DNA from: a virus
Reading direction: 5' to 3' (one strand)
Virus record (IMG/VR): IMGVR_UViG_3300015263_000627
Length of the DNA stretch: 64,000 nt
The position numbers and the translations under genes are program-made. Positions 63,836-64,000 of the stretch are shown piece by piece. Numbering within the stretch: the stretch's first letter is position 1; every line of letters starts with the position of its first letter. Under the pieces are notes generated by a model. The model was not told where the DNA came from. It saw only the letters and a list, made by a program, of their open reading frames with translations, and did no database searches.

Positions 63836-64000
63836 ATGGGTGAATTATACTTTACGAAATTTCCCACTATAACTTATGCCAACAACAATATGCGGGATTT
63901 ATCTCGTCGGGTAGTTTTGGCTAATAATCTGGCACAAATTCCTACGGCATTTTATCCTTACGATTTGACCGATGAAATGCGAAGCGATGTTGTGGCTCAT
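63836..64000 (+). CDS. 53: Baseplate wedge gp53 (3' truncated by window edge)
   Basis: YFTKFPTITY...D..RR...Y.L.DE.R.D.VA. Confidence 0.8.
   Translation, partial: MGELYFTKFPTITYANNNMRDLSRRVVLANNLAQIPTAFYPYDLTDEMRSDVVAH

Overview
A 64 kb segment of a large, AT-rich T4-like myophage genome, most likely infecting an alphaproteobacterium. Host evidence is a circularly permuted two-piece tmRNA, a tRNA-His with G1-U72/A73 and no G-1, and a Rhizobiales-type TIGR02594-like protein. In order, the window holds: (1) an NAD salvage pair (NMN adenylyltransferase-Nudix plus NAMPT), nucleotide-pool enzymes, an M15 peptidase and a GH25 endolysin; (2) early genes behind repeated sigma70 promoters with an IHF-like box; (3) a roughly 11 kb RNA island with about 40 tRNAs covering all 20 amino acids, many of them non-canonical, plus a GOLLD-like giant ncRNA with an embedded tRNA-like element, a phage-encoded RNase P RNA, several unassigned structured RNAs and two homing endonucleases; (4) auxiliary genes (methionine aminopeptidase, glutaredoxin, SpeD, a GmhB-GmhA-glycosyltransferase-HddA heptose cluster); (5) a second early-gene block, a putative REase-MTase pair, Dam, an HD-domain (p)ppGpp hydrolase-like gene and the tmRNA; (6) the T4 core genes 33, 59, 32, a gp29-like hub protein, 51, 26, a tube-like protein, 2, 4, 48 and the start of 53, with a probable -1 frameshift joining gp26 to gp51. 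Many internally deleted homing-endonuclease scars lie at gene junctions. All calls come from reading motifs and base pairing by eye; no database search was run.
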